Source: Microbacteriaceae bacterium (lineage in GTDB: Bacteria > Actinomycetota > Actinomycetes > Actinomycetales > Microbacteriaceae). Taken from it: 32,320 nucleotides of DNA. The DNA is taken from positions 1-32,320 of the forward strand of contig DASTNL010000047.1 of the NCBI GenBank assembly GCA_035720905.1, in the 5' to 3' direction. Shown piece after piece: positions 8,522 to 16,012 of the stretch. Below the pieces are notes generated by a model, which did no database searches, was not told where the DNA came from, and saw only the letters and a program-made list of their open reading frames with translations. Both the position numbers and the translations under genes were made by a program. The first letter of the stretch is position 1, and each line of letters starts with the position of its first letter.

Positions 8522-9889
8522 ATGGCGCGATGGACGCTTCGCGGAAGGCTGAGGCCTCGCATTTGGATCATCGCCGGCACGATCGTCGTCGTCCTGGCCG
8601 GCGCCGCGGTGTACTGGTTCGGTTTCGGTATGCCGCATGCGGCGCCGGCCGAGGCGGCGACGCGCACGGTGCAGGCCGCCACGCAGACGTTGGAGGAGAC
8701 GGTCTCGGGCACGGGGAGCCTGCAGCCCACCGTGGACGAGGATGTCAACTTCGCGGCCTCGGGCACCGTGACCGCGGTCAAGGTTGCGGCAGGGAACACG
8801 GTGAAGAAGGGCCAGGCCCTGGCCACGATCGACACCTTGACCGTGCAGGCGAATCTGTTGAGCGCGCAGGCGAGCCTCGACTCAGCCCAGGCCTCGCTCT
8901 CCGACGATGAGGCGGCCGGCGACGCGACGACCGCGCAACAGGCGAAGATCGCGGCGGACAAGGCGGCTCTCCAGCAGGCCGAGGCCTCCGTGAGCGCGGC
9001 GAAGAAGGCGAGAGCGGCGACGACCCTGAAAGCGCCCGTGGCCGGCCTCGTCACCGCGGCGAACCTGCAGGTCGGCGACGCCGTGACGGCGTCGAGCTCC
9101 TCGAACGCGAACGCCGCGGGGGCCTCGTCGTCTTCGTCCGCCGGGTCGACGTCGTCGGGTCAGGGCTCTTCGAGCAGCGGGTTCGGCGGCGTCGGGTCGG
9201 GCAGTTCCAGCAGCACGTCGTCGTCCTCGGCCGGATCCGGTGCGCAGTTCGAGATCGTGGGAACCACCTCGTGGCAGACCAGTGTGTCTCTCAGCGCGGC
9301 CGATGTGAAGCAGGTCGCGAAGGGCGACCAGGTGGAGCTCTCCACCGATGACAATCCGTCGTTCTTTGGCACGGTCTCCTCGATCGGCCTGCTGCCGACG
9401 GTGTCGTCGGGCGCCGCCACCTACCCGGTCGTCGTGACGGTGACCGGGAGCCCCGATGACCTCTACGACGGCGTCTCGGTGACCGCGAAGATCGTCTACA
9501 AGCGCATTCAGAACGCTCTTGTGGTGCCGAGCCTCGCGGTGACGACCCGCGGAGGCTCCACGAGCGTGCAGAAGATCGTGAACGGCAAGCAGGTCACGAC
9601 CCCGGTAACCACGGGCGAGACCTCTGGGGAGTTCACGCAGATCACGAAGGGCCTGAAAGCCGGGGACCAGGTGGCTCTGCAGATCTTCACTCCGACGGCC
9701 GGTCGGGGCTCCTCGGATGGCGGTGCGCCAGGTGGCGGGCAGGGTGGTTTCCCGGCCGGCAGCTTCGGTGGCGGGCAGCGCGGCTTCTCCGGGGGCGGTG
9801 GCTTCCCTGGCGGCGGTAACTTCTCCGGCGGCGGTGCGGGCGGCTTCGGTGGCGGCCAGGGTGGCTTCGGCGGGGGCAACCGTGGCTGA
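8522..9889 (+). CDS. MacA/HlyD-family efflux adaptor (membrane-fusion-like) protein with Ser-rich insert and Gly/Phe-rich C-terminal tail
   Basis: Start MARWTLRGRLRPRIWIIAGTIVVVLAGAAVYWF is an N-terminal TM anchor. Lipoyl halves (VNFAASGTVTAVKVAAGNTVKKGQALATID ... LKAPVAGLVTAANLQVGDAV), a coiled-coil hairpin and a beta-barrel region are present. The ORF-track extension to 8273 runs through the rplA terminator. Confidence 0.85.
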   Translation: MARWTLRGRLRPRIWIIAGTIVVVLAGAAVYWFGFGMPHAAPAEAATRTVQAATQTLEETVSGTGSLQPTVDEDVNFAASGTVTAVKVAAGNTVKKGQALATIDTLTVQANLLSAQASLDSAQASLSDDEAAGDATTAQQAKIAADKAALQQAEASVSAAKKARAATTLKAPVAGLVTAANLQVGDAVTASSSSNANAAGASSSSSAGSTSSGQGSSSSGFGGVGSGSSSSTSSSSAGSGAQFEIVGTTSWQTSVSLSAADVKQVAKGDQVELSTDDNPSFFGTVSSIGLLPTVSSGAATYPVVVTVTGSPDDLYDGVSVTAKIVYKRIQNALVVPSLAVTTRGGSTSVQKIVNGKQVTTPVTTGETSGEFTQITKGLKAGDQVALQIFTPTAGRGSSDGGAPGGGQGGFPAGSFGGGQRGFSGGGGFPGGGNFSGGGAGGFGGGQGGFGGGNRG

Positions 9890-10637
9890 GGCACAGACGC
9901 CTGTTGCCGGTGCGGCGACCTCCGGTGACCCGGTCATCGAGCTGGTCGACGCGGGCAAGACCTATCGCAGCGGCAGCCTCGAGTTCGAGGCGCTGCGGGG
10001 GATCGACCTGCGCATCGAGGCGGGGGACTATGTCGCGGTGGTCGGGCCGAGCGGCTCGGGCAAGTCGACGATCATGAACATTCTGGGCTGCCTGGACGTC
10101 TTGAGCCGCGGCCGGTATCGGCTGGGCGGCCAGGATGTGGAGGATCTGGACGAGGTGGAATTGGCGAGGATTCGTAACCGGCGGATCGGGTTCGTCTTCC
10201 AACAGTTCAACCTGCTCCCCTCGCTGTCGGCGCTGCACAACGTGGAGCTGCCGATGGTGTATGCGGGGGTCGCGAGGCCGGAGCGGGTGCGGCGTGCGCG
10301 TGAGGCGTTGGAAAGGGTCGGGCTGGGGGAGCGGTTGCGCAACAGGCCGGGCGAGCTCTCCGGCGGCCAGCAGCAGCGGGTCGCGGTCGCCCGGGCGATC
10401 GTCACCGAGCCCACGATCGTCTTGGCCGACGAGCCGACGGGGAACCTCGACTCGGTGGCCACCCGGGACATCCTCACCCTCTTCGACGAGCTGCACGACG
10501 CGGGTCGCACGATCGTGCTGATCACGCACGAGGCGGATGTCGCCGCTCACGCGGAGCGCACCATACAGGTGCGGGACGGCCGGGTCCTCGAGGCCGACGC
10601 CGCGGACCCGATGGTGGGACGGGCGGGTGCGCGATGA
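9882..10637 (+). CDS. MacB-type ABC transporter ATP-binding protein
   Basis: Begins [14 protein letters not shown]. Walker [10 protein letters not shown], signature LSGGQQQR, Walker B IVLADEP. GTG 9882 overlaps the adaptor stop by 8 nt; upstream of it the ORF is only the alternate frame of the Gly-rich tail. Confidence 0.9.
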   Translation: MAEAQTPVAGAATSGDPVIELVDAGKTYRSGSLEFEALRGIDLRIEAGDYVAVVGPSGSGKSTIMNILGCLDVLSRGRYRLGGQDVEDLDEVELARIRNRRIGFVFQQFNLLPSLSALHNVELPMVYAGVARPERVRRAREALERVGLGERLRNRPGELSGGQQQRVAVARAIVTEPTIVLADEPTGNLDSVATRDILTLFDELHDAGRTIVLITHEADVAAHAERTIQVRDGRVLEADAADPMVGRAGAR

Positions 10638-11866
10638 CGTGGCTAGAGACCCTGCACACCGCGTGGACCGCGGTGCACACGCATACCATGCGCTCGATCC
10701 TGACGGCCCTGGGCGTCCTGATCGGGATCGCGGCGGTCATTCTGACCGTCGGGCTGGGGCTGGGCACGCAGCAGAACGTGACCGCGCAGATCGACGCGCT
10801 CGGCAGCAACCTGCTGATCGTCTCCCCGGGCAGCAGCACCTCGACGAGCGGGGTCCGCGGCGGGTTCGGCACCGGTTCGACGCTGACGCTGGCGGATGCC
10901 GAGGCGTTGCAGTCGAAGGTCAACGCTCCGGACGTGAAGGCGGTCGCCCCGCAGAAGAGCACGGAGCTCTCGCTGACGGCCGGGCAGGAGAACTGGACGA
11001 CGAGCGTCGTCGGGGTGACCCCGTCCTGGTTGGCGGTGCGCGGCCGGAGCTTGTCCGAGGGATCCTTCATCACGGCGAAGCAGAATGCCGACCAGGCCGA
11101 CGTGGTCGTGCTGGGCACCCAGACCGCCGAAGAGCTCTTCGGCACGACGCGGGTGGTCGGCCAGCAGGTCACGATCTCGGGGCAGAGCCTCGAGGTTGTC
11201 GGCGTGCTGGCCTCCGCCGGCTCGAACTCCTCCAGCAACCTGGACGACATGGCCGTCGTGCCGATATCGACTGCGGCCTCGCAGATCATCGGCGGCACGA
11301 ACCAGGACAGCGTCTCCAGCGTCTATGTCGAGGCGACGTCGCAGTCCACGCTCTCCGCCGCCGACCAGGAGACGACGAATCTGCTGCTGAACCTGCACGG
11401 CATCGCGACCTCGACCGACGCGGACTTCACGGTCAGCAGCCAGGACTCGCTGGTGAGCACGGCGACGGCCGTCTACCGCACCCTGACCGTGCTTTTGACC
11501 GGCATCGCTGCCCTCTCGCTCATCGTCGGCGGGATCGGGGTGATGAACATCATGCTCGTCTCGGTCACGGAACGCACGAAGGAGATCGGCCTGCGTAAGG
11601 CGCTGGGCGCGCCGCCGAGTGCAATCCGCTGGCAGTTCCTGGTCGAGGCCGCGATCCTCGGGCTGTCGGGCGGGATCCTCGGGGCGGCGCTCGGCATCGG
11701 CTCTGCCCTGGCTCTGCCGGGCGTCATCGGCAGCCCGATCGTCGTCTCGGCGCCGGCCGTCGCCGGATCGATCGCGGTCGCCGTCGCGGTCGGGCTTGTC
11801 TTCGGCGTCTACCCGGTGGCACGCGCGGCCCGCCTGGCCCCCATCGACGCGCTGCGCTCCGAGTGA
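10634..11866 (+). CDS. MacB-type ABC permease (MacB periplasmic core domain plus FtsX domain)
   Basis: N-terminal RSILTALGVLIGIAAVILTV, a large extracytoplasmic domain, and a C-terminal FtsX-like 3-TM bundle ending VYPVARAARLAPIDALRSE. ATGA overlap with the ATPase gene. Confidence 0.9.
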   Translation: MTWLETLHTAWTAVHTHTMRSILTALGVLIGIAAVILTVGLGLGTQQNVTAQIDALGSNLLIVSPGSSTSTSGVRGGFGTGSTLTLADAEALQSKVNAPDVKAVAPQKSTELSLTAGQENWTTSVVGVTPSWLAVRGRSLSEGSFITAKQNADQADVVVLGTQTAEELFGTTRVVGQQVTISGQSLEVVGVLASAGSNSSSNLDDMAVVPISTAASQIIGGTNQDSVSSVYVEATSQSTLSAADQETTNLLLNLHGIATSTDADFTVSSQDSLVSTATAVYRTLTVLLTGIAALSLIVGGIGVMNIMLVSVTERTKEIGLRKALGAPPSAIRWQFLVEAAILGLSGGILGAALGIGSALALPGVIGSPIVVSAPAVAGSIAVAVAVGLVFGVYPVARAARLAPIDALRSE

Positions 11867-11931
11867 GAGCGGCGCCGATGACCTTTCCCACCGCATCCAT
11901 CACCCCCGCCGTGCCTGTCAAGGAGAACCCC

Positions 11932-12885
11932 ATGTCCTCGTCTCGTTCCGCCCGCTGCATCTTCGCCGTGGCGGTCGCCTTGGCGGTGCCGCTCGCACTC
12001 GTCGGCTGCAGCACTGGCTCGCATGCCAAGGCCTCCCCGACCACCGCGGCGGCGCAGGCGCCGTCGGCATCGGGGGGCGGCGCCGGCGGGCGAGGCGGGC
12101 AGGGCTTCCCCGGCGTCTCGGGTGAGATCGCCGCGATCCAGGGCAGCACCCTCCAGGTGCAGGGCTCCGGCCAGCAGACCGCCGTCACCTACACCGACTC
12201 GACGGCGATCACGCAGACGGTGACCGGCTCGCTCTCCGACGTGTCGGTCGGCGAATGCGTGACGGGCATCACCGAACCTGCCGGCCAGGGCTCCTCCGCG
12301 TCGGCGAAGCCGGGCACCGCCGCGACGACGGTGACCATCTCGAAGGCCTCCAGTGACGGGACCTGCACGGGCGGGTTCGGTGGTGGCGGGTTCGGCGGCT
12401 CGGGCGGCCGGGGCGGCTTCAGCGGCGCCCGGCCCAGCGGATTCCCAACCCCGCGGGCCGGTTCCAGCCGGCCGACGTTCCGGCCCGGCGCGGGCGGCCG
12501 GAGCGGCTTCACACCGCCGGTCTCGGGCGTCGTCACCGCCGTGGGATCCTCCACCATCACGGTGAAAGAGACCCTTCCGGCCCGCGGATCCTCGTCGTCC
12601 TCCGCCTCGGGAAGCTCCTCGACCAAGACGATCACCGTCGGCGCGAAGACCAAATACCAGAAGAACGCGACGGCCACCGGCAGCGCGGTGAAGGTCGGCC
12701 TCTGCGTCGTCGCCGGCGGCAAGGCCGGGTCGAACGGCACCGTCGCGGCCACGTCGTTGCGCCTCTCCCCGAAGACCTCCCAGGGCTGCACCGGCTTCGG
12801 TGGAGCGGGCTTCGGGCGGGGCGGCTTCGGGGGCGCCGGGGGCGCCGGCGCCGGCCAGGGCGGCGGGAGCGGCAGCAATGACTAG
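11932..12885 (+). CDS. Lipoprotein with two DUF5666-like beta domains separated and flanked by Gly/Phe-rich segments
   Basis: AAGGAG RBS at 11920-11925. Signal peptide has the lipobox LVGC. Two internal repeats (SGEIAAIQGSTLQVQG...VGECVTG...GTCTGGFGG and SGVVTAVGSSTITVKE...VGLCVVAGG...QGCTGFGG). The DUF5666 assignment rests on remembered family pattern only. Confidence 0.75.
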   Translation: MSSSRSARCIFAVAVALAVPLALVGCSTGSHAKASPTTAAAQAPSASGGGAGGRGGQGFPGVSGEIAAIQGSTLQVQGSGQQTAVTYTDSTAITQTVTGSLSDVSVGECVTGITEPAGQGSSASAKPGTAATTVTISKASSDGTCTGGFGGGGFGGSGGRGGFSGARPSGFPTPRAGSSRPTFRPGAGGRSGFTPPVSGVVTAVGSSTITVKETLPARGSSSSSASGSSSTKTITVGAKTKYQKNATATGSAVKVGLCVVAGGKAGSNGTVAATSLRLSPKTSQGCTGFGGAGFGRGGFGGAGGAGAGQGGGSGSND

Positions 12886-14830
12886 CGCGCATAAGCATCG
12901 GCGACACCGCAGGCGCCGCATCGTCGTGGGCTCCGCCCTCCTCGTCGCGGTCCTCCTCGCGGCCGGCGGGGCGGCCTACGCCGCCACCCGCCCGCAAGCG
13001 CCCAGCTACCGCACCGCGGCGGCGGCGATGGGGGCGGTGCACCAGACGGTCGATCTCGACGGCCAGGTCGCCTCCAGTAATCGCCGCGACGTCGCCTTCC
13101 AGACCTCGGGCACCGTGCAGGCGGTCGACGTGAGCCTCGGCCAGGCCGTGACGGCGGGGCAGAAGCTCGCCGGCCTGGACTCCAGCAGTCTCGAGTCCGC
13201 GCTGACCGACGCCCAGAACGCCGTCACCCAGGCCAAGCAGACCCTGGCTGACGACCTCGCCTCGCAGACGCAGACGACGGAGGCTTCCTCTGCAGCCGCG
13301 GGGGGCCGGGCGGGCGGCGCCTCGAGCGGGCAGGGCACCTCCGGCGGCCAGGCGGGAGGGGCCTCTCCCTTCGCTGGGGCAGGAGGCTCCGGCACCGCGT
13401 CGTCGGGGGCGAGCATGGGGAGCCATCCGTCCACCGGCGGTCAGGGCACCTCCGCAGACTCCGCCGCCGTCGCGGCGGCCCGGAAAGCGGTCACCACGGC
13501 GCAACAGGCCCTCCTGGCGCAGGTCACCGCCGCGCAGAAGTCTCTCACCGCGACCGACACCATCGTCACCACCGCGACCACGACCTGTGCGCCGTTCCTC
13601 AAGGCCGCGCTGGGAGGCGACTCCTCCGGCGGTGCCGGCGGCACGTCCAGCACGGCCCAGCAGCTGACCGACTGCCAGGGCGTGATTGACCAGGCGTTGG
13701 CCTCGCAGAAGGCGACCGCCGAGGCACAGAGCAAGGTGCAGAGCCTCGCTGCGACGCTGAACACCGCGGTCGCGAAGCTGCAAGCCCTCCTGACCGGGGC
13801 GTCCACCGGCGCCTCGTCCGGCAAGACCTCGTCCGGCGGCGCCTCCCCGACACCTGGCTCCACGGGATCGCCGAGCGCTGGCCGTGACGCGCCTTCGGTC
13901 AGCCTGGGCAGGGGCGCAGGCGCCACCGTCGAGCTCGCCGCCGACGTGAGCACCTCCGCGACCTCGCCCCAGGACGGGACGGCGCAGGACGGATCAGCGC
14001 AGAGCGGGTCTGGCCGGAGTGCGTCGTCGCTGAGCGGCTCGGCGAGCCAGCCGGCCTCGGCCGCGACGATCGTCGCCGACCAGGCCGCCGTCGCGGAGAA
14101 GCAGGCGGCCGTCGATGTCGCCAAGCAGGCGCTCACCTTCGCCACCCTGACGAGCCCGATCGCCGGGACGGTCGCCGCGATCGGCGTCGCCCCGGGAGAC
14201 TCGGTCACCGGCGGATCGACGACGGAGGTGATCACCGTGATCGGCGCGGGCGGCAATCAGGTCACGTCGACCGCGACCTTGACCCAGGTGAAGGAGCTCA
14301 CGGTCGGCCAGACCGTCTCGGTCACGGCCGACGGCCGGCCACTCTCCGGCCACGTGACCTCGATCGGCGTCCAGAACGTGTCCACAGACACGGCGGCGAC
14401 CGCCTATGACGTCACCATCGATCTCGACGGATCCTCCGCAGACCTTCTGAACGGCACCCCCGCCCAGGCGATCGTGAAGGTCGCTTCCCTCCAGCACGTC
14501 TTGACCGTCCCGACCTCCGCGATCCACCGGAACGGCACCGCCTATACGGTGGACGTCCTGCAGGGCGGCAAGGCCGTCACCAAAACCGTCACTGTCAAGG
14601 TGCAGGGCAGCATCCGCACCGCGATCACCGGCGTCTCCACCGGCGCGAAGGTGATCCTCGCCGACCTCGACCAGCAGATCGCCGGCACGGATTCCAGCTC
14701 GAGCTCCAGCTCGACCTCGGGGCTGGGCGGGCTCAGCGGCCTGGGTGGCTCGACTGGCGGTGCGAGCCGCTTCGGTGGCGTCGGCGGCTTCCCCGCCGGT
14801 GGGTTCCGCGGCCGCACCGTCGGTCGATGA
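12878..14830 (+). CDS. Second HlyD/MacA-family adaptor paralog (650 aa) with a very long low-complexity/coiled-coil insert and Gly-rich tail
   Basis: ATG 12878 overlaps the lipoprotein stop by 8 nt. N-terminal TM (IVVGSALLVAVLLAAGGAAY); lipoyl halves (VAFQTSGTVQAVDVSLGQAVTAGQKLAGLD ... LTSPIAGTVAAIGVAPGDSV); C-terminal barrel/MP-like region. Confidence 0.8.
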   Translation: MTSAHKHRRHRRRRIVVGSALLVAVLLAAGGAAYAATRPQAPSYRTAAAAMGAVHQTVDLDGQVASSNRRDVAFQTSGTVQAVDVSLGQAVTAGQKLAGLDSSSLESALTDAQNAVTQAKQTLADDLASQTQTTEASSAAAGGRAGGASSGQGTSGGQAGGASPFAGAGGSGTASSGASMGSHPSTGGQGTSADSAAVAAARKAVTTAQQALLAQVTAAQKSLTATDTIVTTATTTCAPFLKAALGGDSSGGAGGTSSTAQQLTDCQGVIDQALASQKATAEAQSKVQSLAATLNTAVAKLQALLTGASTGASSGKTSSGGASPTPGSTGSPSAGRDAPSVSLGRGAGATVELAADVSTSATSPQDGTAQDGSAQSGSGRSASSLSGSASQPASAATIVADQAAVAEKQAAVDVAKQALTFATLTSPIAGTVAAIGVAPGDSVTGGSTTEVITVIGAGGNQVTSTATLTQVKELTVGQTVSVTADGRPLSGHVTSIGVQNVSTDTAATAYDVTIDLDGSSADLLNGTPAQAIVKVASLQHVLTVPTSAIHRNGTAYTVDVLQGGKAVTKTVTVKVQGSIRTAITGVSTGAKVILADLDQQIAGTDSSSSSSSTSGLGGLSGLGGSTGGASRFGGVGGFPAGGFRGRTVGR

Positions 14831-14836
14831 GTGCGT

Positions 14837-14865
14837 GCGGCGCGCCGACATGGTCGGCGCGCCGC
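14837..14865. terminator. Strong GC hairpin between convergent genes (likely bidirectional terminator)
   Basis: A 13-bp perfect stem GCGGCGCGCCGAC / GTCGGCGCGCCGC with loop ATG, 7 nt after the adaptor-2 stop. There is no clear T tract. Confidence 0.6.
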
Positions 14866-14922
14866 GAATCGTGGCATCGTCCCCGTGAAGATCGCGGGCG
14901 GCCGTTCGGGTGGCCGGCCGCG

Positions 14923-15882
14923 TCATTCCTCGCGGGCGATACGCACCGCGACCTTGCCGGCGACGTGGCCGGTCTCGACGAGTTCGTGGGCGCGGCCCAT
15001 GTCTGCCAGGTTGAAGACCTCTTCGAGATGCACGCGTACGGTGCCCTCGTCGATGAGGGCGCCGATCTTGGCGAGCACCCGCGCGTCGGGGGCGACCTTG
15101 ACGTCGGTACCTCTGACGCCGGCGCGCGCGACATCGTCGAAGAACGATGGCCAGCTGCCGGTCGGCACGTTCACGATGAGCCCGCCGGGCTTCAACACGC
15201 CCAGCGAACGCGTGCCGGTGTCGTCGTGCACGTTGCCGATGAGGTCGATCACGGCATCCACCGGGTCGATGACCTCCTCGAAGCGCTGCCGACGGTAGTC
15301 GACGACCTCGTCGGCGCCGAGGGAACGCACGAAGTCGGCGTGCGATGCGGACGAGGTCGCAATCACGTGCGCGCCGAGATGATGCGCGAACTGCACCGCG
15401 AAATGCCCCACGCCGCCGGCCGCGGCGTGGATGAGAACGCGCCGGCCGGGCGCGGCCGAGGCGAGCTCGGTGACGCAACGCCACGCCGTCAATGCCGCGA
15501 TCGGCACCGCCGCCGCCTCCACGTGGCCGAGAGTGGCCGGCTTGCGGGCGACGCTGAGAGACGGCACGGCCGCGATCTCGCCGAAGCTGCCGCTGAAGCG
15601 CGGCGACATGATCATGCCGAATACCTCGTCGCCCGGCCGGATGGGGTGTGCCGCGTCCGGCGACTCCAGAACCGTGCCGCTGAAGTCGTGGCCGAGAACC
15701 GCGGGAAAAGCCGCGATCGCGGCCGACGTGCCGCCGCCCGCCCGGGTCTTCGTGTCGATCGGGTTGATGCCTGCGGCGTGCACGCGCACGAGAAACTCGG
15801 CGCTGATGCGATGGGGGGCGGTGACCTGGGCGATGTGAAAAACATCGGGATCCCCGGTCCGGTCGATGACGGCGGCGCGCAT
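14923..15882 (-). CDS. NADPH:quinone oxidoreductase / zinc-type alcohol dehydrogenase superfamily (MDR) protein
   Basis: Begins MRAAVIDRTGDPDVFHIAQV. Contains GINPIDTKTRAG and the nucleotide-binding motif VLIHAAAGGVGHFAVQFA. ATG 15882 is 7 nt after GGAGG; the rest of the 447-aa ORF upstream is Arg/Ser-rich noise. Confidence 0.85.
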   Translation of the reverse strand: MRAAVIDRTGDPDVFHIAQVTAPHRISAEFLVRVHAAGINPIDTKTRAGGGTSAAIAAFPAVLGHDFSGTVLESPDAAHPIRPGDEVFGMIMSPRFSGSFGEIAAVPSLSVARKPATLGHVEAAAVPIAALTAWRCVTELASAAPGRRVLIHAAAGGVGHFAVQFAHHLGAHVIATSSASHADFVRSLGADEVVDYRRQRFEEVIDPVDAVIDLIGNVHDDTGTRSLGVLKPGGLIVNVPTGSWPSFFDDVARAGVRGTDVKVAPDARVLAKIGALIDEGTVRVHLEEVFNLADMGRAHELVETGHVAGKVAVRIAREE

Positions 15883-15967
15883 GAGCATGCCTCCATTCTC
15901 TGCGGCCCGCGAGGCACAGTCCACACACTGTGGGCTATCGGTGTGCGCCTGCCCGGAATATTTCCTG

Positions 15968-15991
15968 GCCCGCCCGGCCGGCCGGGCGGGC
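15968..15991 (-). terminator. 24-bp perfect GC palindrome downstream of the YqaJ-like gene
   Basis: GCCCGCCCGGCCGGCCGGGCGGGC is self-complementary (10-bp stem with GGCC loop, or 12-bp arms). It lies 22 nt after the minus-strand stop at 16013. No U tract. Confidence 0.45.
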
Positions 15992-16012
15992 AGGCGCGGG
16001 ATGCTCCAGGGT

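Noticed and set aside
12189-12878. Pro-rich 229-aa minus-strand ORF (PPKPPRPKPAPPKP..., PPNPPPPNPP) that might look like a proline-rich cell-wall protein
   Set aside because: It is simply the reverse complement of the Gly-rich (GGN) coding segments of the lipoprotein gene. That gene has an RBS, a lipobox and internal domain repeats on the plus strand.
13994-15928. 644-aa minus-strand ORF covering the end of adaptor-2, the intergenic hairpin and the oxidoreductase region
   Set aside because: It runs through a strong intergenic hairpin and lies out of frame with the recognisable oxidoreductase on the same strand. Its composition is extremely Arg/Gly-rich, and no motif is present.
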